64,000 nt of DNA, taken from Deinococcus sp. GTDB lineage: Bacteria > Deinococcota > Deinococci > Deinococcales > Deinococcaceae. Shown here piece after piece: positions 51,153 to 63,538 of the stretch (position 1 is the first letter of the stretch; the number at the start of each line of letters is the position of its first letter). The stretch covers positions 2,496,001 to 2,560,000 of the forward strand of contig OZ253375.1 in the NCBI GenBank assembly GCA_965261005.1, in the 5' to 3' direction. The notes beneath the pieces are model-generated. The model saw nothing but the letters and a program-made list of their open reading frames with translations. It did no database searches and was not told the origin of the DNA. The position numbers were made by a program, and so were the translations under genes.

Positions 51153-51248
51153 GGGGTGAGTCTAGGCGCCCGCGTCTGACCCCTGTGCTGACCCCTGTGA
51201 AAAAGAGCTTGCGGCAAGATTAAGCTCCTCGCACCTTATGCTGTCCGC

Positions 51249-52169
51249 ATGGAACTGCGCCAACTGCGCCACTTCGTCGCCCTGGCCGAGGAGGGCCACT
51301 TCGGCCGCGCCGCCGAGCGCGTCTTCGTGGTGCAGCAGGCCCTCAGCGGCTCGATTCGCAAGCTGGAGGACGAGTTGGGCGTGCGCCTGTTCGAGCGCAC
51401 CACCCGCAGCGTGCGCCTGACCCCGGCCGGCGGCGAGTTTTTGCTGAGCGCGCGCCAGGTGCTCTCGGACCTGGAGGGCGGCGTCGTGCGCGCCCGGCGG
51501 GCCGCGCGGGGGGAGGTCGGGCGCCTGACGGTGGGCTTCGTGAGCGGCCTGGCCTTTGGCGGCCTGCCCGAGGTGGTGCGGACCTTTCGCGCCCGCTTTC
51601 CGGGCGTGACGGTGGACTTGCAAGAACTCACCGCCGCCGAGCAGGAGGACGCGCTGCGGGCCGGGCGCATTGACGTGGGCTTCGTGCTGCTGCCCGTGCG
51701 TGACCCAGCCCTGGCGCGCGAGGCGCTGTGGCGCCAAGAATTGGTGGTCGCGCTGCCGGAGGGGCATGCGCTGGCGGCGCGCGAGGTGGTGCGCGTCTCG
51801 GACCTGGAGCACGAGCCGTTCGTGTTTTTCCCGCGCTACCTGCGCGCCGCCTACTTCGATCAGGTGATGGCGCTGTGCACGGCCGCCGGCTTTCAGCCGC
51901 GCATCGTGCAGGAGGCCATCGAGGTGCCCACCCTGCTGAGCCTGGTCGCGGCGGGTATCGGGGTCTTTTTGCCCATCCGCTTTTTTGCGCGCCTCCAATT
52001 GCCCGGCGTGACCTACCGCCCGCTGGAGCAGGCCCCCCTGATCGAGATTGACGCCGTGTGGCGCCGCGCCGACCCCTCGCCGGTGGTGGAGCGCTTTCTG
52101 GCGGTCGGGCGCGAGGTGCTGGCTGTCAATGGGCTGGGAACGGACGTGCTGGGCGACCGGCCGGCGTAG
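51249..52169 (+). CDS. LysR-family regulator
   Basis: [30 protein letters not shown]. Confidence 0.95.
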   Translation: MELRQLRHFVALAEEGHFGRAAERVFVVQQALSGSIRKLEDELGVRLFERTTRSVRLTPAGGEFLLSARQVLSDLEGGVVRARRAARGEVGRLTVGFVSGLAFGGLPEVVRTFRARFPGVTVDLQELTAAEQEDALRAGRIDVGFVLLPVRDPALAREALWRQELVVALPEGHALAAREVVRVSDLEHEPFVFFPRYLRAAYFDQVMALCTAAGFQPRIVQEAIEVPTLLSLVAAGIGVFLPIRFFARLQLPGVTYRPLEQAPLIEIDAVWRRADPSPVVERFLAVGREVLAVNGLGTDVLGDRPA

Positions 52170-52190
52170 CTTTCGCCGCTATGATGCCTC

Positions 52191-53300
52191 GTGCCTTTCC
52201 GCGCCCTCTACGTTCTCGGCTTCGCGGCCTTTGTCTTGACCGGCGCGCTTCAGGCGGGCTACGGCCCGGCCTTTGCCACCCTCGGCGCCCGCTTCGGTTT
52301 GCCCCTCGGCGAAGTCGGCCTGATCGCCAGCGCACATTTCTTCGGCACCATGGTGGGCGTGATGTTGGGCGGGGCGCTGCTGCCGCGCGTGGGCTTTCGG
52401 AGTTTGCTGCGCCTGAGCGGGGCGCTGCTCTGCGTGGGTCTGTTCGGCGTGGCCCTCGCCCCGAGCTGGCCGTTGGCGCTGGCGGGGGCGGGCCTTGCGG
52501 GGCTGGGCTTTGGCGGGGTGTCGGTCACCTTCAACGTCGGCTTCGCGCGCCTCGGGCCGGGGTCGGCGGGGGCGCTCAACCTGCTCAACGCCTGCTTCGG
52601 CGTGGGGTCGGTGCTCTCTCCCCTCGTGGTGGCGTGGCTGAACGGCGCGTGGGGGCTGTTCCTGTTGCTGGGCGCACTGGCCCTGGTCCTCGCCTTTGGC
52701 GCCGCGCGCTTGCCGGAGCTGCCCGAGCGCGTGCTGCGGCCCGCCTCCGGCCGGACGGGGGGCGTCTTGCTGGGCGCCTTCGCGCTCTTCTTCGCCTTGT
52801 ACGTGGGCGTGGAGGCCGGCGTCGGCTCGTGGATGACCACCCAACTCGCGGCCGCCGGGGTGACGGGCGCGGTGACCTGGACCAGCGCCTTTTGGCTGGC
52901 CGTGACCCTGGGGAGGGTGTTGGCCGCCCCGCTGTCGCTGAGGGTGCCCCCGGCGCGCCTCGTCGCGCTGTGCTGCGCCCTCGCGGCCCTGTCCCTGCCG
53001 CTCACCGCCTTGACCCCCGTGGCCTACCTGGTCGCCGGCCTCGCCGTCGGCCCCATCTTCGGCACGACGCTGGCGTGGTTCGGCCAACACCTGCCCACCC
53101 GGCTGGCCCCCGTCGCGCTGGCGAGCGGCGGCCTCGGCGGCACGCTGTTCCCCGCGCTGTTGGGCCGCTTGGTCGGCGCGGTCGGCACGGGAACGCTGCC
53201 CTATGCCTACGCCGCCACCGCCCTGAGCGCCCTGCTGGCGGCGCTGCTGCTGAACGTCTTGTTGGTACGGACATCCTCTGCCAAACAGCCTATTTTGTAA
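52191..53300 (+). CDS. MFS transporter
   Basis: Multiple TM segments; LYVGVE, TLGR, GPIF. Confidence 0.85.
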   Translation: MPFRALYVLGFAAFVLTGALQAGYGPAFATLGARFGLPLGEVGLIASAHFFGTMVGVMLGGALLPRVGFRSLLRLSGALLCVGLFGVALAPSWPLALAGAGLAGLGFGGVSVTFNVGFARLGPGSAGALNLLNACFGVGSVLSPLVVAWLNGAWGLFLLLGALALVLAFGAARLPELPERVLRPASGRTGGVLLGAFALFFALYVGVEAGVGSWMTTQLAAAGVTGAVTWTSAFWLAVTLGRVLAAPLSLRVPPARLVALCCALAALSLPLTALTPVAYLVAGLAVGPIFGTTLAWFGQHLPTRLAPVALASGGLGGTLFPALLGRLVGAVGTGTLPYAYAATALSALLAALLLNVLLVRTSSAKQPIL

Positions 53301-53344
53301 CGTCACGCCTGTTTTGCTCAGGGCAGAACCCGTAGCATTTGGTT

Positions 53345-53488
53345 ACCACAGAAAGGGGGGTGATCCGACTGTTAAATAATAATGTTGGTGGAGGTGCCCG
53401 CCGAGGGTAGAACCTCGCTGGCTTGAGTACCCCTCAATTCCAGGCGGGTACCGAGCGCGCCGAAAGCAGATGCTTTCGGCGCGTTTTT
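53345..53488 (+). ncRNA. Candidate sRNA or micro-ORF transcript with terminator
   Basis: TAGCAT at 53333-53338; extended SD-like AAGGGGGGTGATC; multi-stem region 53393-53452; terminator 53455-53488. Confidence 0.45.
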
Positions 53489-53514
53489 CATGTTTTCTTA
53501 CTTGAGGAGGTAAC

Positions 53515-53892
53515 TTACTTTCGCAGGTAGCTGTCGCTGCCGCTGAGCCAGTCCTGGCGCGGCGGGCTGAACACGTCCATGCCGGTGAAGTCCTCCAGCA
53601 CCTCGGCGCGGTGCGGCAGGCCGCCGGGAATCACCAGCACGTCGCCGGTGCGCAGCACGACCTCCTGCTCCCCGTGCTCGCCCAGAATCAGCTTGATGGC
53701 GCCCGAGTGGGCGATGGAGACCTGCTCGTTGTCGTGAACGTGAAAGGCCACCTCGCTGCCCGCCTTTAAGTCCAGCAGGGCGAGCATCACCCGGTCGCCC
53801 GTGATGAGTTGGCGGGTGAAGCTCGGGTTGACCTCCTCGCGCGGCACGTCGTCCCAGCGATAGCTTTTGGCCTGCACGGCTTCGGTTGGCAT
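53515..53892 (-). CDS. Cupin-domain protein
   Basis: HVHDNEQ, GDVLVIPGGLPH, DVFSPPR. Confidence 0.9.
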   Translation of the reverse strand: MPTEAVQAKSYRWDDVPREEVNPSFTRQLITGDRVMLALLDLKAGSEVAFHVHDNEQVSIAHSGAIKLILGEHGEQEVVLRTGDVLVIPGGLPHRAEVLEDFTGMDVFSPPRQDWLSGSDSYLRK

Positions 53893-53946
53893 GGCCCACC
53901 TTAACATCCCGGCTGTATAGACTGTGGGTCATGCCGGAGACCACTT

Positions 53947-54882
53947 ATGCTTGACCGCTTGTACCGCTCGGCCGTCCTCGGTGTGGCGGGCAACAAGGGC
54001 GTGGAGAACTTGGTGCGCACGCGCGGCTGGGGCGTGGCGAAGCGCTTCGTGGCCGGCGACGAGCTGGAGGACGCCCTCGCGGCCGTGGACAAATTGGAAG
54101 CGGAGGGCATTCACGGCATCTTCGATCTGTTGGGCGAGATGGTGGAGGACGAGGCGGCGGCGAACAGCTTCGCCGAAAAGATTCTGGGCATTCTGGACGC
54201 GGTGCGGGGAAAGCCGTACCCCAAGTACCTCAGCGTCAAGCTCAGCCAGATCGGGCAGGACTTGACCACCCCGGAGGGGGCCAATTTGGGCCTCGTGAAT
54301 GCCGAGCGCATCCTGAACAAGGCGAAGGAGGTGGGCGCCTTTGTGCGGCTCGACATGGAGGACCACCCGCGCGTGGACGAGACCCTGGCGCAGTTCCGCA
54401 CCCTCATCCAGCAGTTCGGCGCGGGCACCGTTGGGACCGTCTTGCAGGCGTACCTGCGCCGCACGCCGCGAGACCTCGCCGCCGTGGAGGATTTGAAGCC
54501 TAACATTCGCTTCGTGAAGGGCGCCTACCTGGAGCCGCCCGAGGTCGCCTTTCCCGACAAGGCCGACGTGGACGCCGCCTACCGCCGCTTGGTCTACCGC
54601 CACCTGGAACTCGGCAACTACGCCGCCGTCGCCACCCACGACGAGGGCATCATCCGCGACGTGAGGCGATTTACGGCGGCGCACGGCGTCCCCAACAGTC
54701 AGTTCGAGTTCCAGATGCTCTACGGCGTGCGGCGCGATTTGGAGCGGCAACTCGCGGGGGAAGGCTACACCGTGCGCTCGTACATTCCCTACGGCCGCGA
54801 TTGGTACGCTTACTTCAGCCGCCGGGTGGCCGAGCGGCCGGCCAACGTGATGTTCGTGCTGCGGGGCATGGTGAGGGGCTAG
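53947..54882 (+). CDS. putB: Monofunctional proline dehydrogenase
   Basis: [43 protein letters not shown]. Confidence 0.93.
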   Translation: MLDRLYRSAVLGVAGNKGVENLVRTRGWGVAKRFVAGDELEDALAAVDKLEAEGIHGIFDLLGEMVEDEAAANSFAEKILGILDAVRGKPYPKYLSVKLSQIGQDLTTPEGANLGLVNAERILNKAKEVGAFVRLDMEDHPRVDETLAQFRTLIQQFGAGTVGTVLQAYLRRTPRDLAAVEDLKPNIRFVKGAYLEPPEVAFPDKADVDAAYRRLVYRHLELGNYAAVATHDEGIIRDVRRFTAAHGVPNSQFEFQMLYGVRRDLERQLAGEGYTVRSYIPYGRDWYAYFSRRVAERPANVMFVLRGMVRG

Positions 54883-55202
54883 TGCTGGAGCTGAGGGCGG
54901 GGGCGTTCAACCTGTACGTTCTCGGCGTGGCGGACGAGCTGGAGTTGGCGCGAGTTGGCAGCGTGGACCTGCTCATCGGGTTGGCGGGCGGGGGGCGCTT
55001 CGCGGGCACGGCGCGCACCCTGGCCGACCTGGACGCGAACCTGGCTTTGTACCTGCCCGTCACCGACAGCATCGTGGTCCGGGAACTGACGCCGGAGGTG
55101 CTGCTGGGTGCGGTCGCCGATCTGCTGGAGGGTGGCGTGCTGGACGAGGTGTTTCTGGAGGTCTTAGAGGAGATCGGCCTGGAAGAGGTCGGGCCGTCGT
55201 GA
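54882..55202 (+). CDS. Hypothetical acidic protein within the put operon
   Basis: GTG overlaps the putB stop; its own stop overlaps the next start. Confidence 0.65.
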   Translation: MLELRAGAFNLYVLGVADELELARVGSVDLLIGLAGGGRFAGTARTLADLDANLALYLPVTDSIVVRELTPEVLLGAVADLLEGGVLDEVFLEVLEEIGLEEVGPS

Positions 55203-56500
55203 CGCCCGTCTCCGCCGTGCTGCTCGGCGCCGGCAACCGGGGCGGGGACGTGTACGGCGCTTGGGCGCTGGAACACCCCGGCGAGCTGAAGGTGGTCGCC
55301 GTGGCGGAGGCGGACCCGGTGAGGCGGGCCAAGTTCGTGGCCTCGCACGGCTTACCAACGGACGCTCAGTTCCCTTCCTGGCGCGACTTGCTGGCGCGGC
55401 CTCAGTTGGCGCAGGCGGTCATCGTCGCCCTGCCCGACGCCGAGCACGAGGCCAGCGCCCTCGCCGCCTTTGAGGCGGGCTACCACGTCCTGCTGGAAAA
55501 GCCCATCGCGCCGACCCCGGCGGGGACACGGGCGGTCGTGGACGCGGCGCGCGCCGCCGGCAAGCTGCTGATGCTGGGCTACGTGCTGCGGCACACCCGC
55601 TTTTTTCTGACCCTTCGGGAGGTGGTGCGCTCGGGGCGGCTGGGGGACATCGTGGACGTCGCTTGGCGCGAGAACGTCCACGCGCTGCACTTCACCCATT
55701 CTTACGTGCGGGGGAACTGGGCGAACGAGACGGCGTCCAGCCCCATGCTCCTGGCCAAGGCCAGCCACGACCTCGACTTGTTGGGCTGGGTGACGGGCCT
55801 GAGCGTCGCGCGGCTGTCGAGCTTCGGCGGGCTGCTGTACTTCCGCCCCGAACACGCCCCCCCTGGCGCCCCCGCACGCTGCCTGGACGGCTGCCCCGCC
55901 GCCGAGGCATGCCCCTTCTACGCGCCCAAGACCTACCTGACAGAACGTACCGGCTGGCCCGCCAGCGTGATCTCTCCCGATTCAAGTTTGGAGGCGCGCA
56001 CGGAAGCTTTGCGCCACGGCCCCTACGGCCGCTGCGTCTTTCACGCCGGCAACGACGTGGTGGACCATCAGGTGGTCGCCTTTGAGTTCGAGGGTGGCGC
56101 AGGCGGCAACCTGACCGTCCACGGCCACTCGGGCACCGAGGGGCGCAGCGTGCGGATGGACGGGACGAAGGCGACCCTGCGCGGCGTCTTCACGGCCGAC
56201 CTTCAGAGAATCAGCGTGCAGGACCACACCCCGGTCAGCTTCTTCGGCGAGCAGCAGCCTGAACCCGTGCCGCTGGAAATCGCCCCCGGCATGGCGGGCG
56301 GCGGGCACGGCGGCGGCGATAGCGGTTTGATGTTTGCTTTTGTAGAAGCCGCGCGTGAAGGGTTGACTCTGCCGCTCGACCTCGAAGTCGAGAGCCATAC
56401 GCTGGCCTTCGCCGCCGAGGAGGCGCGCAAAAATGGGCGCGTGGTTGACTTGAGCGCGTTTCGCGCCACAGACTCCTCTTCACAAGGAGCACTCCCATGA
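55199..56500 (+). CDS. Gfo/Idh/MocA-family oxidoreductase
   Basis: [31 protein letters not shown]. Confidence 0.9.
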   Translation: MTPVSAVLLGAGNRGGDVYGAWALEHPGELKVVAVAEADPVRRAKFVASHGLPTDAQFPSWRDLLARPQLAQAVIVALPDAEHEASALAAFEAGYHVLLEKPIAPTPAGTRAVVDAARAAGKLLMLGYVLRHTRFFLTLREVVRSGRLGDIVDVAWRENVHALHFTHSYVRGNWANETASSPMLLAKASHDLDLLGWVTGLSVARLSSFGGLLYFRPEHAPPGAPARCLDGCPAAEACPFYAPKTYLTERTGWPASVISPDSSLEARTEALRHGPYGRCVFHAGNDVVDHQVVAFEFEGGAGGNLTVHGHSGTEGRSVRMDGTKATLRGVFTADLQRISVQDHTPVSFFGEQQPEPVPLEIAPGMAGGGHGGGDSGLMFAFVEAAREGLTLPLDLEVESHTLAFAAEEARKNGRVVDLSAFRATDSSSQGALP

Positions 56501-58050
56501 CCCTGAAACTCTCCCCCTACCGCAACGAACCCTTCACCGACTTCTCGCTGCCGGAAAATCAGGTCGCCTACCGCGAGGCGCTGGCCTACGTCCGCAGCAC
56601 CTTCGGGCGGACTTATTCCCTTGTCATCGGCGGCGAGCGCGTCGAGACACCCGAAAAAATAGAGAGCGTCAACCCCGCCAGAACTTCAGAAGTCATCGGC
56701 TTTACCGCCAAGGCCAGGATCGAGGACGCCGAGAGGGCGTTGGAGGTCGGCTGGGCCGCTTGGCAAAGCTGGAAGACCTGGGAGATGGAGGCGCGCGCCC
56801 GCGTGCTGGTCAAGGCCGCCGCTCTCTTGCGCCGCCGCAAGCACCTCTTCTCGGCGCTGCTGACGCTGGAGGCGGGCAAGAACTGGGCCGAGGCCGACGG
56901 CGACACCGCCGAGGCGATTGACTTTCTGGAGTATTACGCGCGCCAGAGCCTCAAGTACGCCCTCGCCGGCGAAACCTACGACTCCCCAGGGGAGGAGAAC
57001 CGCCTGGAGCACATCCCCCTCGGGGTGGGCGTCTCGATCAGCCCATGGAACTTTCCCCTCGCGATCTTCGCGGGGATGCTGGCCGCCCCCATCGTGGTGG
57101 GGAACTGCGTGATCGCCAAGCCGGCCGAGGACACCGGCGTGATCGCCGCCTGGTTCGTGGACCTGATGCACGAGGCGGGGTTGCCGCCCGGCGTGCTGTC
57201 ATACCTGCCGGGTCTTGGTGAGGAGGTCGGGGATTATCTGGTCAAGCACCCCAAGACGCGCTTCGTGACCTTCACCGGCTCGCAGGAGGTGGGCCTCCTC
57301 ATCAACCAGAACGCCGCCAGGCCCCAACAGGGCCAGCGCTGGATCAAGCGGGTCGTGCTGGAGATGGGCGGCAAGGACGCCATCGTGGTGGACGAGACGG
57401 CCGATTTGGAGGCCGCCGCGAGCGCCGCCGTGGCGAGCGCCTACGGTTTCGCGGGCCAGAAGTGCAGCGCCATGAGCCGCCTGATCGTGGTGGACGCGGT
57501 TCACGACGCCCTGATGGATAAGGTGGTGGAAAAGACCCGCGCCCTGACCCTTGGCAGCGGCGAGGACAACGCCGACGTGACCCCCGTGGTGAACGCGGAC
57601 AGCTTCGAGAAGGTCGGCCGCTACATCGAGATCGGCCAGGGGGAAGGGCAACTCCTGACCGGGGGCACCCTCGACGGCTCGGTGGGCCACTTCGTCACGC
57701 CGACCATCTTCGACGACGTGCCGGCGGGGGCAAAGGTGGCCGGCGACGAGATCTTCGGCCCCGTGATGGCGGTGCTGCGCGCCCGCGACTGGGATCACGC
57801 CCTCCAGCTCGCCAACGACACCGAGTACGGCCTGACCGGGGGCGTCTTCACGGGGAGGCGCGAGCGCGTCGAGCAGGCCAGGCGCGAGTTCCAGGTCGGC
57901 AACCTCTACATCAACCGCAAGATCACCGGCGCCCTCGTGGGCGTGCAGCCCTTCGGCGGCTTCAACATGAGCGGCACCGACTCCAAGGCGGGCGGGCCGA
58001 ACTACCTGGAGTACTTCTTGCAGCTCAAGACGGTGACGGAGCGGTTTTAG
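56497..58050 (+). CDS. pruA: Delta-1-pyrroline-5-carboxylate (L-glutamate semialdehyde) dehydrogenase
   Basis: [44 protein letters not shown]. Confidence 0.93.
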   Translation: MTLKLSPYRNEPFTDFSLPENQVAYREALAYVRSTFGRTYSLVIGGERVETPEKIESVNPARTSEVIGFTAKARIEDAERALEVGWAAWQSWKTWEMEARARVLVKAAALLRRRKHLFSALLTLEAGKNWAEADGDTAEAIDFLEYYARQSLKYALAGETYDSPGEENRLEHIPLGVGVSISPWNFPLAIFAGMLAAPIVVGNCVIAKPAEDTGVIAAWFVDLMHEAGLPPGVLSYLPGLGEEVGDYLVKHPKTRFVTFTGSQEVGLLINQNAARPQQGQRWIKRVVLEMGGKDAIVVDETADLEAAASAAVASAYGFAGQKCSAMSRLIVVDAVHDALMDKVVEKTRALTLGSGEDNADVTPVVNADSFEKVGRYIEIGQGEGQLLTGGTLDGSVGHFVTPTIFDDVPAGAKVAGDEIFGPVMAVLRARDWDHALQLANDTEYGLTGGVFTGRRERVEQARREFQVGNLYINRKITGALVGVQPFGGFNMSGTDSKAGGPNYLEYFLQLKTVTERF

Positions 58051-58124
58051 GGAAGGGCGCCGTTTATGCTCGGGGTATGTCGTCCCACGCCACGCTCAGC
58101 TGAAACCCGCTGATGGAGGAATCT

Positions 58125-59609
58125 ATGAAAGCACTTCCAAGAACGCTCGCTCTGGTCGGTTTCGCCTTGCTCCTCGGCGCCTGTGGTCAGAACGCTGCCG
58201 AGAAGCCCGTGCCAATCGAGAGCGACCTGCCGGCCATTCCCATCGCGCAGCGCCCAGCCCAGCCCGACTGCGGGCAGAACGTTGTCGCGCAGGCGGGCGG
58301 CATTCGCAACTTCCGCTTTGAGAACCACTTCGCGCCCAGCAAGGTGCGCGCCCAGGGAACGGCGGAGCTGGCCGACACCGTGCAGGGCGAGCTGATCTCC
58401 GCGCGTTCGAGCCTGAACAGCTACTACTACGGCTTCAGCAGCGTGGACCGCGCGGCGCTGAACACAAAGTACGAGGCGCTGTTCCGAAAAGACCGTCCCG
58501 GCAACCTCGCGTCCTACGGCCTGAACGACCAGACCGATCAGCTGATGGACCAGTACATCGGCGACATGAACGACCCGCACACCTACTTCCTGAACGCGGA
58601 CATCTATCAGTTCATCAAGGACGTGATTCAGGGCAACGCGCAGCCCGCGCCCAGCTTCGGCTTCTTCTTCCGCCCCGTCCCGAACGCGGACGGCGCCGTC
58701 TTGGTGGACGTGCGCGGCGACTCCCCCGCCTTTGCGGCCGGGCTGCGCCGGGGCGACGTGATCGTGTCCATTGACGGCCAGCCGCTGAGGCGCTCGGGCG
58801 ACGATGAGGCCACCTTTGCAGCCTACGCCAAGCTGCGCGCCGCCGCCGCCGCGAAAAAGCAGCCCGTGCCCATCGCGTACCGCCGCGCTGGTGGGGCGCA
58901 GACCATCAACCTGACGGGCGCCGTGCTCAGCGCGGCCGAGCTGCCGTGGGGCGAGGTGCGCACGGACGCGGCGGGGCAGAAGCAGTTCTACCTGCGCCTT
59001 CCGACCTTTGAACCCGTGGGCGCCGCGCAACGCGTTCATGACCTGGTCGCGCAGGCCAAGGCGGCGGGCGTGAGGGGCGTAATCGTGGACCTGCGCGACA
59101 ACGGCGGCGGCCTGATTACCGAGTATCTCGCGTCGGCGGGCGCCTTCGCTCCCGCCACGACGGGCAATATCCTAGAGAACCTCAGCGCCGACGACGCGAC
59201 GGCCAAGTACGCCGGGAACGGCAACCTCAGCGTGAGCAGCGTCTGCGAGAAGACGGTCCAAACCATCCCCTACGTCCAAAACGCCCAGGAGTGGACCGGC
59301 AACGTCGCCGTTCTGGTCAACGGCAACAGCGCCAGCGGCTCGGAGTACTTCTCGCAGGCGCTCCGCCTCGGCGGCAAGGCGTCCATTCTCGGCGAGAAGA
59401 CCTACGGCGCCGGCAACACCTTTACCAACTTCTTCGATCTGCCGGGTGGCCGCGCTATGACCGTGACGCTGGGCCGCTCGCGCCAACTGAACGGCGCGTA
59501 CAACCCCGAGGACATCCTGCCCGACAACGTGCAGCCCGACGACCTCGCCAAGCTCGCCGCCGGCAACGACCTCGCCCTCAACGCGGCCTTCGCCTATCTG
59601 GACAAGTAG
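58125..59609 (+). CDS. S41-family peptidase lipoprotein with PDZ domain
   Basis: Lipobox LGAC; DPHT, SPAFAAGLRRGD, DLRDNGGG, SASGSE, GEKTYG. Confidence 0.9.
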   Translation: MKALPRTLALVGFALLLGACGQNAAEKPVPIESDLPAIPIAQRPAQPDCGQNVVAQAGGIRNFRFENHFAPSKVRAQGTAELADTVQGELISARSSLNSYYYGFSSVDRAALNTKYEALFRKDRPGNLASYGLNDQTDQLMDQYIGDMNDPHTYFLNADIYQFIKDVIQGNAQPAPSFGFFFRPVPNADGAVLVDVRGDSPAFAAGLRRGDVIVSIDGQPLRRSGDDEATFAAYAKLRAAAAAKKQPVPIAYRRAGGAQTINLTGAVLSAAELPWGEVRTDAAGQKQFYLRLPTFEPVGAAQRVHDLVAQAKAAGVRGVIVDLRDNGGGLITEYLASAGAFAPATTGNILENLSADDATAKYAGNGNLSVSSVCEKTVQTIPYVQNAQEWTGNVAVLVNGNSASGSEYFSQALRLGGKASILGEKTYGAGNTFTNFFDLPGGRAMTVTLGRSRQLNGAYNPEDILPDNVQPDDLAKLAAGNDLALNAAFAYLDK

Positions 59610-59684
59610 AGGGAACAGTTTGTCAGAAAGCGCTTTCCGGAGGGGAGGCGCTTTTTCACGTTCTGCCGCTCGTAATCGTTCGGC

Positions 59685-61018
<1,334 letters not shown>

Positions 61019-61022
<4 letters not shown>

Positions 61023-61669
61023 ATGTTCGCCCCCTTCTGCCGCGCGGCCCGGTTCAGCAGGTCGCGCACCTCCTCGTCCCTGGTCTGCCCGAAGTCCCGG
61101 TACACCTGCCCCACCGCCGAAAAGAAGTTCGGCGTCAGCAAACACACGACCTCGTCCACCTCACGGCGCAGGGCCTCACAGGTGTCCGCGCCGGCGACCG
61201 GCACGGCAATGATCACTTGCAAAGCTCCCAGCGGTTTCACGGCGCGCACGGCGGCGCGCATGGTGGCGCCGGTCGCCAGGCCGTCGTCCACCAGGATGGC
61301 CGTCTTGCCGCTCAAATCCAGCGGCGGGCGGCCGTCCCGGTAGGCGGCCTCGCGCCGCTCCAGCTCGCGTCCCTCCGCCCCCGCGACGCGCTCGATGGCC
61401 GCCTCCGAAACCCCGAAGTGGCGCACGACCTCCTCGTTCAACACCCGCACGCCGTGGGCGACGGCGCCCATCGCCAACTCCGGGTGTCCCGGCAAGCCGA
61501 GCTTGCGCACCACGAACACGTCGAGGGGCGCCCCGAGGCGCCGCGCCACCTCATAAGCGACCGGCACGCCGCCGCGCGGCAGGGCCAGAACGGCGGTATC
61601 GTCGCGATTCACATATTTCAAGAGCATCTCGGCCAGCTGCCGCCCCGCGTCACGCCGATTCTCGAACAT
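61019..61669 (-). CDS. Phosphoribosyltransferase
   Basis: LALPRGGVPVA, VRKLGLPG, ILVDDGLATGAT. Confidence 0.92.
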
Positions 61670-61733
61670 GTCACCTCCAGTTTTGAAGCTAACAGGCGCG
61701 GCGGTGTGGCGGCCCAAAGGTTGCTCAAGCGTG

Positions 61734-62768
61734 CTACAGGGTTTGCTCAGGTTTCACCGTCCAGCACGCTTCCCGCGGCACCGACAGCCGCAGTTCATCG
61801 CCGGGCGCGTGGACCTGAGAGGGGAGAGCGTGCCACTCCAAAAGCTGGCCCCCGCTTCGCAAGCTGTAGCGCCGAAACGGGCCGGCGAACTCGGCGTGCT
61901 CGATCACGGCGTCAAAAGCGTTCACTCCGCCGCCCATACTCAGCGCTTCGGGGCGAAAGGTCAGCGTGACGGGGCCGTGGGATGTGGTCGCCACCTCGAA
62001 GTGGCCCAGCCGGGTTCGCACAACCTGCCCCTCCTGCTCGCCCTCGACAAAATTCACCCCGCCGAAAAAGCGCGCCACCTCCAGGGTCGCCGGCCGCGCG
62101 TAGAAGTCCTCGGGCGGCCCGACTTGCACCAGCCGCCCGCCGCTCAGAAAGCCGAGGCGCCCCGCCATCGCCAGGGCCTCCTCCTGATCGTGGGTGACGA
62201 GGACGGTGGTGGTGCCGCTCTCACGCTGCACCTCGACCACCCAGGCGCGCAGCTCGCGCCGCAGCGGGGCGTCCAGGGCGCTGAAGGGTTCGTCGAGCAG
62301 CAAGAGGCGCGGCCGGGTCATCAGCGCGCGGGCCAGGGCGACGCGCTGCTCCTGGCCGCCCGACAGCTGCCTGGGGAGCCGGGCGCCGTAGCCGGACAGG
62401 CCGACGCGCGCCAGCATCTCGGCGACTTGAGCGGCGATTTCACCTTTTTGCTCCCCGCGCATTTGCGGCCCAAAGGCGAGGTTGGCCGCCACGCTCAGGT
62501 GGGGAAACAGCAGCGGCTTTTGAAAGACGAGGCCGATCTCGCGCCGCTCGGCGGGCAGAGGGAGCAGAGAAGCGCCGCCCAGCAGAATGTCCCCCGCGTC
62601 CGGTTGTTCCAGGCCCGCTATGAGCCGCAATAAGGTCGTCTTGCCGCTGCCCGACGCCCCCAGCAGGGCGAAGCGCTCGCCGGGGGCCACCTCCAGCGAG
62701 ACGTTCCTCAGCACGGCGCCCCCACCAGGAAACGACTTGGAGAGGTCGTGCAGGACAAGATCGCTCAC
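61734..62768 (-). CDS. ABC transporter ATP-binding protein (PotA/FbpC type)
   Basis: GASGSGKT, LSGGQEQR, LLDEPFSALD, VTHDQEEA, TOBE-like tail. Confidence 0.93.
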   Translation of the reverse strand: MSDLVLHDLSKSFPGGGAVLRNVSLEVAPGERFALLGASGSGKTTLLRLIAGLEQPDAGDILLGGASLLPLPAERREIGLVFQKPLLFPHLSVAANLAFGPQMRGEQKGEIAAQVAEMLARVGLSGYGARLPRQLSGGQEQRVALARALMTRPRLLLLDEPFSALDAPLRRELRAWVVEVQRESGTTTVLVTHDQEEALAMAGRLGFLSGGRLVQVGPPEDFYARPATLEVARFFGGVNFVEGEQEGQVVRTRLGHFEVATTSHGPVTLTFRPEALSMGGGVNAFDAVIEHAEFAGPFRRYSLRSGGQLLEWHALPSQVHAPGDELRLSVPREACWTVKPEQTL

Positions 62769-63538
62769 GTCCGCCACCCCTGCGCCCCCCGCGCGACCAC
62801 GGCGAAGATCAGCAGCGTGGGCGCCACATATACTAAGGCCAGCGCCGCCGTGATGGCGAGGTCCCCGCCCGCCGCCGAGGCGAACAGCAACAGCGGCAAG
62901 GTCGTCACCTGCCCGCCGCCCACGATCAGGGTCAGCAGGTACTCGCCCCACGACACCAAAAAGGCGAACAGCGCCGCGATGAGCATGCCGGGCAGGATGA
63001 GGGGCAGCGTGACCCGCGTGAAGACCCGCCCCCGGCTGGCCCCCAAAGAACGCGCGGCCTCTTCTAAGCGCGAATCATATTGCTGAAAGACCCCGGTGAG
63101 CAGCACCACGGCGTAGGGCACCGCCGGGATCAATTGCGCGATCACCACGCCGGCGCGGGTGTCGGCCAGGCCCAACTTGATAAAGACGACCTGCACGCCC
63201 ATCACGCCCGCAAAGGCGGGCAGCACCAAGGGAGAAAGGATCAGCGCCGTGACGGGGCCGCGCGCCCGCGTGGCGCCGGCCAGCACCCGCGCGGCGGGCA
63301 GCGCGATGGGGACGGCCAGCGCGGTCACGGCCGAGGCCACCCACACACTGCCCCCCAACGCTTCCCAGATCTGCGAGGTCGGCGCGAACAGCGCTTGCCA
63401 GGCCCGTACACTCAGCTCGCTGGGCCACAGGGCCGGGTAGTACCAGCGCAAACTGAAGGACCACACCAAGAGGAGGGCCAGCGGCAGCAGCGCCGAAACG
63501 GCCAGAATGACGATCAAGAGGCCCTTCGTGATCCTCAC
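62765..63538 (-). CDS. ABC transporter permease
   Basis: EAA loop LEEAARSLGAS; TM segments. Confidence 0.9.
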   Translation of the reverse strand: MRITKGLLIVILAVSALLPLALLLVWSFSLRWYYPALWPSELSVRAWQALFAPTSQIWEALGGSVWVASAVTALAVPIALPAARVLAGATRARGPVTALILSPLVLPAFAGVMGVQVVFIKLGLADTRAGVVIAQLIPAVPYAVVLLTGVFQQYDSRLEEAARSLGASRGRVFTRVTLPLILPGMLIAALFAFLVSWGEYLLTLIVGGGQVTTLPLLLFASAAGGDLAITAALALVYVAPTLLIFAVVARGAQGWRT

